Source of the DNA: an uncultured Rhodopila sp. | GTDB taxonomy: Bacteria > Pseudomonadota > Alphaproteobacteria > Acetobacterales > Acetobacteraceae | Length of the DNA stretch: 64,000 nt | Assembly (NCBI GenBank): GCA_903915725.1 | Contig: CAIWTY010000068.1 | Location: 5,211 to 69,210, forward strand | Direction: 5' to 3' | In this document: positions 27,515-36,920 of the stretch, piece by piece | How the letters are laid out: the number at the start of each line of letters is the position of its first letter | Numbering within the stretch: position 1 is the first letter of the stretch | Notes under the pieces: model-generated | Databases searched by the model: none | What the model was told of the DNA's origin: nothing | The model's input: the letters and a program-made list of their open reading frames with translations, nothing else | Position numbers and translations under genes: made by a program

Positions 27515-30244
27515 TCAAATGCCGTCGGCGGCCTCAATTGCGGGGCGAATTAGGTTGAGACACGCCAGCCCGTCGATATACGCATCGAAGGCGGCCGATA
27601 GCAGCGGCAGATCCGCAACCTCTTTGCCGACACCGCGTTCCAGTTCGGTCTCGGCTGAGGCCGCGAGCTGCGATAGCCGCAAGGCGCCAACCGTCCCCGC
27701 AGTGCCCTTCAACGCATGCAATTCTTCCCGCAAATCGCCCGCATCAAGCGAGCCGCCGGCGAACCGCGCCAACCGGGCCTGCGTCTCGTCGCGGAATATC
27801 TCGACCATGCGCAGCACCGTTTCGTGGCCCAGAGTGTCGGACAGCATATCAAGCGCCGCCGCGTCGAGCACGGCCGGCGCCACCTGCGCGGCCGGCGGCT
27901 CTATCGGCCGATCGGCGCCGGGCACCGCCGTTGCGCCGCCACTGCCGGATAACGCACTCTCCAGCGCCTGGAGCAACAGGTCCCGGGCTATCGGCTTGGC
28001 GACGAAGAATTGCATACCGGCGTCCATGCACGCCTTCACGTCGCTCGGGAAAGCATTAGCCGTGAGCGCGATGATCGGCATTGCGGCGGGGGCGCCCTCC
28101 AGGCGGCGGATGCACCGCGTGGCCTGCAACCCGTCCATTTTCGGCATCCGCATATCCATGCAGACGGCATCGTAAGCGCGCGCCGTAGCCGAAGCCACGG
28201 CCGCCTCGCCGTCGCCCACGATGTCCACCACGATATCGAATTCCCGCAGCAATTGCTCGAGCACGAACTGGTTGGTCGGATTGTCCTCGGCGATCAGCAG
28301 CCGCGCCGATCGGCCAAGCTGCCGCAGGACCGCCCGCAGGCCGGCGGCATGATCGCGGCGCGCCTCCACCGCGGCGGCCGTGGCCGCGGCGTTGGCCCGC
28401 TCCAACGCCAGCCGGAAACGGAACAGGCTGCCCAGTCCCGGCTGCGATTCCACCTCGATTTCGCCGCCCATCTGCTCCACGATCCGGCGGCTGATGGCGA
28501 GACCGAGGCCGGTTCCGCCGAAGCGGCGGGTGATCGAATCGTCGGCCTGCACGAACTCCTCGAACAGCCGCCCCAGTTTTTCCTTGGATATGCCAATGCC
28601 GGTGTCGCGCACTTCCCAGGACACCGACACCTTGCCGTCGTGACTGCCGATGCATCGCGCCTGGATGACCACTGCGCCGGTATCGGTGAACTTGATCGCA
28701 TTCGACACGAGGTTCATCAACACCTGCCGGATCCGGCCGGCATCTCCCAGCAGCGTCTCCGGAAGATCGGGATCCACGGCGGCACTGATGCTGAGTCCCT
28801 TGGCGATCGCCGCGGGGCCCTGCACGCTGACAGCCTCATGGGTGAGTGTCGCCGGTGAGAACGGTATCGGCTCGAGCGTCAACCGCCCGGCATCGAGCTT
28901 CGAGTAGTCGAGAATGTCGTCGAGGATGCGCAGCAGCGCCTCCCCCGACTCGCGGATCACCGACACCATCTGCTGCTGGCCGCCTGACAGGTTGTCGTTC
29001 AGCAAGACCGTCGCCAGCCCCAGCACGGCGTTCATCGGGGTGCGGATCTCGTGGCTCATCATCGCCAGGAAGGCTGACTTGGCCCGGTTTGCCTCGGCGG
29101 CGAGACGGGCGCGTTCGCGCAGTTCGGCGGTTTCACGCTGCAAATCCGTCATCCGCTGGCGGTCGCGTTCGCTCTGCTGCGCCGCGCGCCGCTCGCGAAT
29201 GTCGCGCATCGCCGCCACCCTGGCGATGCCGTCGCCGAAGGATATGTCGCGCGACAGCGTTTCGACCGGAATCAGCTCGCCGTAGCGGTTGCGCAGGTCC
29301 AGCTCAATCGGCTGCGAGCCGACACCGGACCGCAAGATGCTCAAGCCGCCGAAGTCGTCCAGTTGACGGCCCTTCATGTCGTCGAGCGACAGGCCGACCA
29401 TGGCGCATAGCGCACGGTTCGCGTCGAGCACGATGCCGTCGCGAAATACCAGAATGCCCTCGAACGTGCTGTCGGTGAGCTGCCGGAGACGTTCGTTCTC
29501 CTGCGTGGCACGCATGGCCTGACGGCGGTCCACCGAGCTGCCGGCACGCACCAGCAGCAGCGCGGCCAGGAACTCCGAGAAGAACACCACCGTTATCGGC
29601 TGAAGGGCCAGGGCGTTGGGCGTTCCCTTCGCGGCCTCCCATTCCGAGAGCGGCAGGATCGCGGCGAACGAACCGAGATTCACCAGCGTCAGGGTTAAGC
29701 CCATCAGCGTGACCGGCACCAGCCGCCGCCGCCGGGTGGTGACACGCCGCAAGCCGCGCAGCCCGAGGCTGAACAGCGCGGTGGCGGCGATCATGACCGT
29801 CAGAACAGCAGCGAGATCGTACGCCAGCACCAACGGCTCGGCGATGCCGCTCATGCTGACAAACAGCGCGCAGGATGCAGCTGAGGACAACAGCGAACCC
29901 GCCAGCAACGTATCGCGCGCGCCGCCGGCCCCGTAGGCAACGACGAGCATCGATCCGACCGCGCCACCAATGCAGAGCAGAACCGAGATTGCCGCCGGCA
30001 CGGTTGGCACGTGCAGGTTGAGATACGGGAAGAACCCGTTCAGCGAGATCAGGAAGACGCCCCATGTGACTGCGCCGAGTGCCAGGCCCGTCAACATGGT
30101 GCGCGGCAGCCGCCAGCGATCCGTCGCCGCCTCGTTGGCGGGTAGCAGCAGGAAGGCAATCTGGCTTCCGGCGAGTCCGAGCAGCAGGGCACCTGCGAGG
30201 CGAAGATAGTCGTGCGCCGCGATCAGTTCTCTCCACAGGTCCAA
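27515..30244 (-). CDS. Hybrid sensor kinase: degenerate MHYT-PAS-HisKA-HATPase-REC-Hpt
   Basis: About seven TM helices; FEGILV PAS; MSHEIRTPMNAV; NLVSNAIKFT, DTGIG, GGTGLGLAI; CMDMRMP REC; LHALKGTAG Hpt. Confidence 0.9.
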   Translation of the reverse strand: MDLWRELIAAHDYLRLAGALLLGLAGSQIAFLLLPANEAATDRWRLPRTMLTGLALGAVTWGVFLISLNGFFPYLNLHVPTVPAAISVLLCIGGAVGSMLVVAYGAGGARDTLLAGSLLSSAASCALFVSMSGIAEPLVLAYDLAAVLTVMIAATALFSLGLRGLRRVTTRRRRLVPVTLMGLTLTLVNLGSFAAILPLSEWEAAKGTPNALALQPITVVFFSEFLAALLLVRAGSSVDRRQAMRATQENERLRQLTDSTFEGILVFRDGIVLDANRALCAMVGLSLDDMKGRQLDDFGGLSILRSGVGSQPIELDLRNRYGELIPVETLSRDISFGDGIARVAAMRDIRERRAAQQSERDRQRMTDLQRETAELRERARLAAEANRAKSAFLAMMSHEIRTPMNAVLGLATVLLNDNLSGGQQQMVSVIRESGEALLRILDDILDYSKLDAGRLTLEPIPFSPATLTHEAVSVQGPAAIAKGLSISAAVDPDLPETLLGDAGRIRQVLMNLVSNAIKFTDTGAVVIQARCIGSHDGKVSVSWEVRDTGIGISKEKLGRLFEEFVQADDSITRRFGGTGLGLAISRRIVEQMGGEIEVESQPGLGSLFRFRLALERANAAATAAAVEARRDHAAGLRAVLRQLGRSARLLIAEDNPTNQFVLEQLLREFDIVVDIVGDGEAAVASATARAYDAVCMDMRMPKMDGLQATRCIRRLEGAPAAMPIIALTANAFPSDVKACMDAGMQFFVAKPIARDLLLQALESALSGSGGATAVPGADRPIEPPAAQVAPAVLDAAALDMLSDTLGHETVLRMVEIFRDETQARLARFAGGSLDAGDLREELHALKGTAGTVGALRLSQLAASAETELERGVGKEVADLPLLSAAFDAYIDGLACLNLIRPAIEAADGI

Positions 30245-30472
30245 CGCCTCGTTCCTTTCTCACGCCGGCGCGCATTAGCCGCCGGAAACTCGCCGGCCCA
30301 AGACACGCGTTATGCAGCGTTTCAGGAAAAAATACAATCTTTGAGTGTATGATGCGATATTTATGTTTGATTTCGATGTATATTTTGCTACTTAACAACC
30401 TAAATATGAAGTCGATCAGTTTCTGAGACGCCTCTCCATGCGCTTAAGCCACCGTCGAAAGAAAGCGTTCGT

Positions 30473-31030
30473 GTGACTGCTCCGCGCGCCAAACGCCCGG
30501 GGTTGCGGCGGCGAGACGTGCTGGGGGTGCTTTCCCTGGCCCTGGCGGCCGCCCTGCCGCGCGCCGCCGGCGCCGCTTCGCTATCGGCCAAAAGTCTCAA
30601 GGTCCTGGGCAGCGCATTGTCGTGCCTGCTGCCGGAGCCGAGCGGACAGCTTGTCATGGCGATCGCCTACGTCGCGGGTGACGACGCATCGCAGAAGGAT
30701 GCCGAGGCGCTTGCCGCTCTGATCGGTGATGGTCTGCACGCCGGCAGGGCGGTGTTTCAGCCCAGGCTTGTGGACACCGCCTCGCTCGGCGCGGGCGGTT
30801 ACGCCGCGATCCTGGCCGCTTCGGGGGCCGATGGCGAGCGGCTCATGGGCGCCAGCCGCTCTGCCCGGGTGCTCTGCGTTACCGCCGATTTCGCCGCCGT
30901 GCAGGCCGGGCGCTGCGTCATGGCGATCCGCGCCGAACCGCGCGTCGAGGTTCTTGTCAACCATGCCGCCGCGGCGGTCACGGGTGTCGAGCTTGCTCCA
31001 GCCTTCCTCATGATGATCCGAGAGATATGA
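30473..31030 (+). CDS. YfiR/HmsC-like periplasmic protein
   Basis: RRRDVLG leader; C-terminal RVEVLVNHAAAAVTGVELAPAFLMMIREI matches the YfiR-family end motif; ATGA overlap with the TBDR gene. Confidence 0.7.
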   Translation: MTAPRAKRPGLRRRDVLGVLSLALAAALPRAAGAASLSAKSLKVLGSALSCLLPEPSGQLVMAIAYVAGDDASQKDAEALAALIGDGLHAGRAVFQPRLVDTASLGAGGYAAILAASGADGERLMGASRSARVLCVTADFAAVQAGRCVMAIRAEPRVEVLVNHAAAAVTGVELAPAFLMMIREI

Positions 31031-33111
31031 CGATGTGCACAGCACCACGGTCCGGCATGTTCCAAATCCGGCGATTTGTTGCCTTGCCTTTGATACTGCT
31101 GGTGGTTCCGTTCGGTGCACCCGGCGCCCACGCTCAATCAGTCAACTACGGCGTCATGGAGCAGATGTTCGGTGAGCCGGTCACCACGTCGGTCACCGGC
31201 AAACCGCAGCGTGCCGCCGACGCGCCGGCCAACATCGAGATCATCACGCAGGACGACATAAGGCGCTCCGGCGCCACCACCATTCCGGAGGTGCTGCAGT
31301 TCGTCACCGGTGTCGATGTCCGGTTTAACGGCCTGGGAGGAGCTGATGTGGGCATTCGCGGCTACAACCAGACAGCGAACCCGCATCTGATGGTGCTGGT
31401 CGATGGCCGGCAGGTCTACATGGTGGACTATGGCCGCGTGGTCTGGGAAGCGATCCCCGTCCAGTTGGCGGAGATCCGTCAGATCGAGGTTATCTATGGA
31501 CCGAACTCCGCACTGTACGGATTCAACGCCGCGGGCGGCGTGATCAACATCATCACCTACGATCCGCGCAAGGATCCGATCAATACGGCGACAGTGGCAG
31601 GCGGCACCCAGCAATACCGGGCGGGTTCGGCCGTGGCCACGGGCCGTATCGGCGAGGAGTCCGGTCTGCGGCTGTCGCTCGGCGGCTTCGCGGCGCATGA
31701 TTTTGCTCCCGGGGCGTTGAGCCTCGCCGACAGGTTGAGCCGGCAAACCCCGTTCACCGGGACGTTCAACGCCGATGGACGAACGAAGATAACGGATGAT
31801 GTGGAGGCGTTCGCAGGTGTCAGTGTCGGCGACACCCGCTTGTCGGGGCCGTCGCCCGCCGGCGCCTACCTGACGGAAGAGCAGCACTCCAACTCATTCC
31901 GGCTCGGCGTCAACGCCACCACGCCGATCGGCCTGCTCAGTCTGTCAGGATATCGCAACCAGGCCAACGTGAACATTGCCAACGTCATCACAGACGATTT
32001 CGGCGATCTGTTCGCCGCGCAAGAGTTCGAGACCCAGACGGTCAGCGTGGTGCAGGCCAGCGATCTGGTGAAGCTCGGGCCGGACCACACCGTCCGCGCC
32101 GGACTTGAATACCGCTTCAACAGCGACGGCTCGGCCCTGCTGGCCGGGAGCATGTCCAACACCATCTACTCGGCCAGCCTGATGTGGGACTGGCAGGTGA
32201 CCCCGGTGGTTTCGCTGACCAATGCGGTGCGGCTGGATCACGTGCAGATGCAGTATAGCGGGTTCCTGGTGCCGGGCAGCGGCATCACCGCTGCCGACTA
32301 CAGCAACACGACCTTCAACCAGCCGAGCTTCAATTCAGGTCTGGTCTGGAAAGCCACCGATCTCGACACGCTGCGCCTGACCGCGGCGCGCGGCGTGCAA
32401 CTGCCGACGCTGATGGACCAGGCGCTCCAGGTCGCCCCCGGAGAGCTGGCGCCCGTCGGCCTGCTCGGCCGTCCCAATGTGCTTCCGTCGGTGATTTACA
32501 ACGCTGAGTTGGATTACGATCGCACATTGACCGAAATCGCATCCACGCTTCGCACGGCGGTGTTCGGGCAGCGCACCGACAACGTCATTTCCTGGCCGTT
32601 CGGGGGGCAGTTCGGCATCACCCAAGCCGGCATCCCCGCCTTCTTCTCCGCCAATGTCGGCTATACCACCGCCGCAGGGATCGAAATCGGCTTGAAGGGC
32701 CATTCGGAGTCGGGCTGGCGATGGAATGTCAGCTACGCGTTCACCGCTACCACCGACAACACGTCGCTGAACCAGGGCGGGGTGCTGACCAGCACGGTGA
32801 ACTATGCGTGCAGCGCGCCGCGCAACGTCGTCGATGCCGGCATCGGATACAGCAGGGAAAAATGGGAGCTGGACCTGATCGGGCGGTGGCAATCGAATTT
32901 CTGCGACTTCCGCGCCACCGGCTCGAATCTGGGGCTGGAGCGCGTCTCGATCGACAACTACGCCACGCTCAACGCGCGCATCGGTTACGCCGTGATCGAG
33001 CATGTGACCCTGGCGCTCGCGGCACAGCAGCTCAATCAAGCAACGATAGTACGGACCGCGGGACCGCCTTATGAGCGCAGGATTATTGCCAGCGTAACCG
33101 TCCATTTCTGA
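31027..33111 (+). CDS. TonB-dependent receptor
   Basis: Plug APANIEIITQDDIRRSGATTIPEVL, LVLVDGRQVY, IEVIYGPNSALYGFNAAGGVINIIT; C-terminal ...VTVHF. Confidence 0.92.
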   Translation: MTMCTAPRSGMFQIRRFVALPLILLVVPFGAPGAHAQSVNYGVMEQMFGEPVTTSVTGKPQRAADAPANIEIITQDDIRRSGATTIPEVLQFVTGVDVRFNGLGGADVGIRGYNQTANPHLMVLVDGRQVYMVDYGRVVWEAIPVQLAEIRQIEVIYGPNSALYGFNAAGGVINIITYDPRKDPINTATVAGGTQQYRAGSAVATGRIGEESGLRLSLGGFAAHDFAPGALSLADRLSRQTPFTGTFNADGRTKITDDVEAFAGVSVGDTRLSGPSPAGAYLTEEQHSNSFRLGVNATTPIGLLSLSGYRNQANVNIANVITDDFGDLFAAQEFETQTVSVVQASDLVKLGPDHTVRAGLEYRFNSDGSALLAGSMSNTIYSASLMWDWQVTPVVSLTNAVRLDHVQMQYSGFLVPGSGITAADYSNTTFNQPSFNSGLVWKATDLDTLRLTAARGVQLPTLMDQALQVAPGELAPVGLLGRPNVLPSVIYNAELDYDRTLTEIASTLRTAVFGQRTDNVISWPFGGQFGITQAGIPAFFSANVGYTTAAGIEIGLKGHSESGWRWNVSYAFTATTDNTSLNQGGVLTSTVNYACSAPRNVVDAGIGYSREKWELDLIGRWQSNFCDFRATGSNLGLERVSIDNYATLNARIGYAVIEHVTLALAAQQLNQATIVRTAGPPYERRIIASVTVHF

Positions 33112-33205
33112 ACACAACGGGATCCGTCAGGCAAACCGAATGCTGCGAGGCCGCTCCAATACCCGGCTATCTCAGACGGACCGCCCGAAGCCGCTGCTCT
33201 AACAC

Positions 33206-34393
33206 CTAATCCGCGGCGTCGTCCGCGACGTTGCCGCGCAGACGCTCTTGCAGCGCCGCGGCGGCCAGCGGCGGCGCGAACAGGTAGCCTTGTCCGACCA
33301 GGCAGCCCAGCCGTTCCACCTCGATGGCCACGGGTTCGGTCTCGATGCCCTCGGCGACCAGTGTCAGGCCCAGATCTCGGGCCACCGAGACGATCCCGCG
33401 GATGATCTTTGGCGCCTCCGGATCGACCAGGCAGTCGCGCACGAAGGACTGGTCGATCTTCAACTCGCTGAAGGGCAGCCGCATCAGGGACAACAGGGAC
33501 GAGTGGCCGGTGCCGAAATCGTCGATCGACAGCTTGACGTCGCGGATGCGCAGGCGCGTCAGAATGTCCGCCGCGGCCACGCAGTCGGTCATCACCGCGC
33601 CTTCGGTGACCTCCAGCACGAGCGCCGCGGCGGGCACGTCCGCCTTTGCCAATGCGTCAGACACCTTCTCAGGCAGTGACAGGTCGGTCAGGCTGAGCGG
33701 GGACAGGTTGACCGCGAGCGTCATGTCCCGGCTGACCAGGCGCCAGGCGCGGAAGGTGGCGAGCGCCTCGTCGAGAATGTACCAGGTCAGCCGATCGATC
33801 AGGCCCGACCGTTCGGCCACAGGGATGAACAGGCTCGGCGGCACGCTGCCGAGCGTCGGGCTTTGCCAGCGGGCCAGCGCCTCGACCCCGATCAGCTGCC
33901 GTTCAAGCAGCGTTACTTTCGGCTGAAATGCGCAGGTCAGTTCACCGTGCCCGAGTGCGGCCGCGAGCACGTCCGGTTCGATCGCCCTGATCTGCTCCGG
34001 ATGGTCCGGGCCGGCCGCTTGCGGCACGCGGCGCAACAGCGCGATCAAATCATCGACCCGCATCGGCTTGCCGAGCGTGCCCGCGACCCGCAACCCGAGC
34101 GACATCGCCAGACGCGCCGCGGCCTGGCGAACGCGTTCATCGAAGGCCGAAATGAAGATCAGAACCGGATCGGATTTTGAGTCGCAGAGGCGGCGCAACA
34201 ACTCGATCCCGTCATTCTTGCGCAGACCGAGATCGAGCACCACGACATCGTAGGCAACCGCGCCGACGCGGGCGACCGCGGCTTCCAGAGTAGCCGCGCT
34301 GTCGGCGGCGAAGCCCGCGCGCGCGGCGGCGCTGGCGACCACCAGGCGTTGAACGGCCTCGTCATCCACGACCAGGAGGCGTCGTTCAGTCAT
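33206..34393 (-). CDS. REC-EAL c-di-GMP phosphodiesterase
   Basis: LLVVDDE and VVLDL REC motifs; FQPK, EALARW, AVNLS, IDDFGTG, LKID, AEGIE, QGYLF all intact. Confidence 0.92.
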   Translation of the reverse strand: MTERRLLVVDDEAVQRLVVASAAARAGFAADSAATLEAAVARVGAVAYDVVVLDLGLRKNDGIELLRRLCDSKSDPVLIFISAFDERVRQAAARLAMSLGLRVAGTLGKPMRVDDLIALLRRVPQAAGPDHPEQIRAIEPDVLAAALGHGELTCAFQPKVTLLERQLIGVEALARWQSPTLGSVPPSLFIPVAERSGLIDRLTWYILDEALATFRAWRLVSRDMTLAVNLSPLSLTDLSLPEKVSDALAKADVPAAALVLEVTEGAVMTDCVAAADILTRLRIRDVKLSIDDFGTGHSSLLSLMRLPFSELKIDQSFVRDCLVDPEAPKIIRGIVSVARDLGLTLVAEGIETEPVAIEVERLGCLVGQGYLFAPPLAAAALQERLRGNVADDAAD

Positions 34394-34465
34394 GCCGGTT
34401 CAGCCGCCTCCTCATACCGGCCAAAATCAGCCTCCACACATTTGCATCCACAAACCCGGGTGTGG

Positions 34466-34668
34466 ATGGCGGGCCACCGCCCCATAGGCATTAAAATACC
34501 GCCCGTCGCGCGCCGCTTCCCCTCGTCATGCCGACGAAGGTCGGCATCCACGGCTTTGCCTAAACCCGCACCGCAAGGCGTGGATGGTGCGCCTCCGCGC
34601 ACCATGACGGGGAACAAGCGCAGCCGCCGCGGCACTATTTTAACGCATATCGGGCCACCGCCCGCCAT
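34466..34668. mobile_element. About 203-bp MITE-like element, copy A, with about 33-bp imperfect TIRs and a REP-type core (34524-34609)
   Basis: Ends ATGGCGGGC...TTAAAATA / TATTTTAA...GCCCGCCAT; near-identical inverted copy at 51917-52117. Confidence 0.7.
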
Positions 34669-35033
34669 GAAGGCTGATATGTCCGTGCGGATGGGGCCGG
34701 CAGCCGCGCGGCACGCTCTTGGCCAATTCCCCGAAGGGCACAGGCGCCGGGATATGTGCTGTACAGAGCGACAGTGTCTTCCCCGGGTACCCCGGCCTGC
34801 ATGGCAGAGTTTTGGCCGGTCCGCCGCTTCGCCCGAAGGTCGTTCGCCGGGTGACGGATTCACCGGCCATAAACTGTCGCCGCCTGGCAATGACGGGGCG
34901 GCAGCCGGACAATGGGACCGGCTCCGGGCATCCGGTAGCGCTGATAGAAACATCTGGCTGCTGGCCATGTATGTCACCCATTGCGGGAAGCCTGTTGGAC
35001 CGTCGTCTTTGCAACTCCAGTAATGCATATAGA

Positions 35034-35048
35034 TTAACGCAGAGTTAA
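35034..35048. promoter_or_regulatory. TTAA-N7-TTAA motif (CtrA-type site)
   Basis: TTAACGCAGAGTTAA in an AT-rich intergenic patch upstream of the REC-EAL gene. Confidence 0.45.
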
Positions 35049-35299
35049 GATTGCGGCCTCAGCCGCACAATTAGAATTCATTTTTGATTCAGTAACGTGA
35101 CGGGCTTGGAGAACCCGGTTTACGACCTGTCCAGCGCCACGCCGAATGGCGGCAGCTCCAAAGACTGCTTGCCGTCTGCCTCCGTCAGTTGTGCGAGCAG
35201 GGTCTGAACCAACAGCGGCGGCCCCGGGGTCGGTGGAATGCGCTGCCCGACCGGGCGTCGCAGCCGGGACGGTTTGGCCGCTGGCCGACCGCGGCCGCT

Positions 35300-35935
35300 T
35301 CAGCGCGCCGCCGCTATCGCCGCGTTCAACGCTTTCACGCCCGCGGCCGGGCCGTCCGGGTGGTTCCAGACGCAGCCAACGACGGCGAGAAAATCGGTCC
35401 CGGCGCTGACCAGGGGGGCGCAGTTCTCCGGCGTGATGCCGCCGATGGCGCAGCTCGGCAGTTCCATCATCTCGGACCACCATTGCAGGATCTCGGGGTC
35501 CAGCAACGCCGCGACCTGCTTGGTCGAAGAGGGATAGAAGGCGCCGAACGCAACGTAGTCGGCGCCGTCCTCGCCCGCCTGCATTGCCAGGTCGCGGCTG
35601 CCGTGACAGGTCACGCCGAGGGTCAGGTCCGGCCCCAGCAGCCGCCTCGCGTCCCGCGCCGGCATGTCGTCCTGACCGACATGGGCGCCGTCGCAGCCGT
35701 TTGCGCGGACCAAATCGGCGCGGTCGTTCAGCAGGAACGCGACGTCGCGGGACTGGCAGACCGGACGCAGCGTGTCGATCGCACGGCGCCAGGCATCGTC
35801 GTCCGCGTCCTTCAGCCGGAGCTGCACCGCCGCCACGTCACCGGCGTCCAGCGCCGCCGCCAGAAGACCGGCGAACGGCACGGGGTCGAGCGCAGGCGGC
35901 GTGATCAGGTAAATGCGGCAGGCATCCGCCGGCAT
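35300..35935 (-). CDS. thiE: Thiamine-phosphate synthase
   Basis: [60 protein letters not shown]. Confidence 0.9.
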   Translation of the reverse strand: MPADACRIYLITPPALDPVPFAGLLAAALDAGDVAAVQLRLKDADDDAWRRAIDTLRPVCQSRDVAFLLNDRADLVRANGCDGAHVGQDDMPARDARRLLGPDLTLGVTCHGSRDLAMQAGEDGADYVAFGAFYPSSTKQVAALLDPEILQWWSEMMELPSCAIGGITPENCAPLVSAGTDFLAVVGCVWNHPDGPAAGVKALNAAIAAAR

Positions 35936-36129
35936 CGGCGTCAGGCCTTGCCGCGGAGGCCGCGGAACGGGGTCTCGCGCACGGGATGGTGTCCTTTTCT
36001 GAAGACGGTCCCGGTCACTAGCCCGGGCGGGCACGCCTGTCACCTTTCGGCGAACCGGTCGCCCGGCGGCTGCCATGTCCGCGCCAGGCCGTTACAACGG
36101 ACAGCGGAAACCCGAACGGACCCGCAACA

Positions 36130-36516
36130 ATGAAACTTCTCCCGATTACTGTCTCTGCTGTTTTAGCCCTTGCGGCTTGCGCCGCCGATACGATGAAGGG
36201 CTATGTCGGCCAGGATATCCGGGCGGTTGAACTGGCCTATGGGCCGCCGGCGAATCAGATCGACCTCGGCGGCGGCGTGCGAGCGTTCCAGTGGCAGAAG
36301 ATCTCTGTCGATACCACACCCGTTTCGGCGGTCACCACGACCGACAAGGACAAGAAGGGGCGCAAGACCACCGAAACCGAGTTCATCGGCGGCGACCAGA
36401 CTGTGACGAAATGCCTCTACACATTCCTGACCGCCCGCGACCCGGCGACCAACGGATGGATCGTCACGGGTTTTCGTCAACCGTCGTTGGACTGCGCCGT
36501 TGGCGGTTTGAGCTGA
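36130..36516 (+). CDS. Hypothetical lipoprotein
   Basis: Lipobox LAAC at residues 14-17; ELAYGPP..I; C-terminal Cys pair. Confidence 0.7.
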   Translation: MKLLPITVSAVLALAACAADTMKGYVGQDIRAVELAYGPPANQIDLGGGVRAFQWQKISVDTTPVSAVTTTDKDKKGRKTTETEFIGGDQTVTKCLYTFLTARDPATNGWIVTGFRQPSLDCAVGGLS

Positions 36517-36602
36517 GGTCGGTTACGCTGCGGAACCGGCCGGACCTTCCTGCCGGCGGGGAGCCTGGCGAGCGCCGAACGGCCGGGGAACAGTGCGCTT
36601 CC

Positions 36603-36920
36603 CTACCCGGCACGCCGCGGCGAAGGATTGACCTCGTTGATGAAGTTGGGATCCACCAGCAGACGCCAATAATATGCTGTGCAGACAGCGCCCGGCGGTA
36701 TCGAAGGATATCTCTGCTGGACGACCGCCGAAACAACCGAATCTCCCAGCAGCTTGGCGAGGCCCAGGGCGAACGGCGCGCCCGGGCCTTTGTCGTGTTG
36801 CGATTCTATCCGCACCGCCTGCGTTGCAAGCGCGCCGCACGGGCCACCGGCTCCTTCTATCATCAGCGGAACGAACCAGATGGCGATGACGATGACGACA
36901 ACGGCGAGCAAGGTCTTCAT
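36603..36920 (-). CDS. Hypothetical membrane-anchored protein
   Basis: AGGA RBS; hydrophobic MKTLLAVVVIVIAIWFVPLM; two Cys. Confidence 0.6.
   Translation of the reverse strand: MKTLLAVVVIVIAIWFVPLMIEGAGGPCGALATQAVRIESQHDKGPGAPFALGLAKLLGDSVVSAVVQQRYPSIPPGAVCTAYYWRLLVDPNFINEVNPSPRRAG

Noticed and set aside
33128-33185. GGCAAACC seed of a c-di-GMP-I riboswitch beside the EAL gene
   Set aside because: No GNRA loop or GACGCAAAG partner, and it lies between two convergent 3' ends.
34680-35030. Possible cobalamin or glycine riboswitch fragments (CCGAAGG, GGGAAG) and 100-200 aa ORFs
   Set aside because: The other conserved riboswitch elements are absent, and the ORFs show no protein-like motifs and run through the repeat.
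35990-36065. Glycine- or TPP-riboswitch-like words upstream of thiE
   Set aside because: No GGAGA/CTCTCAGG pair and no CTGAGA/ATACCTG TPP core.
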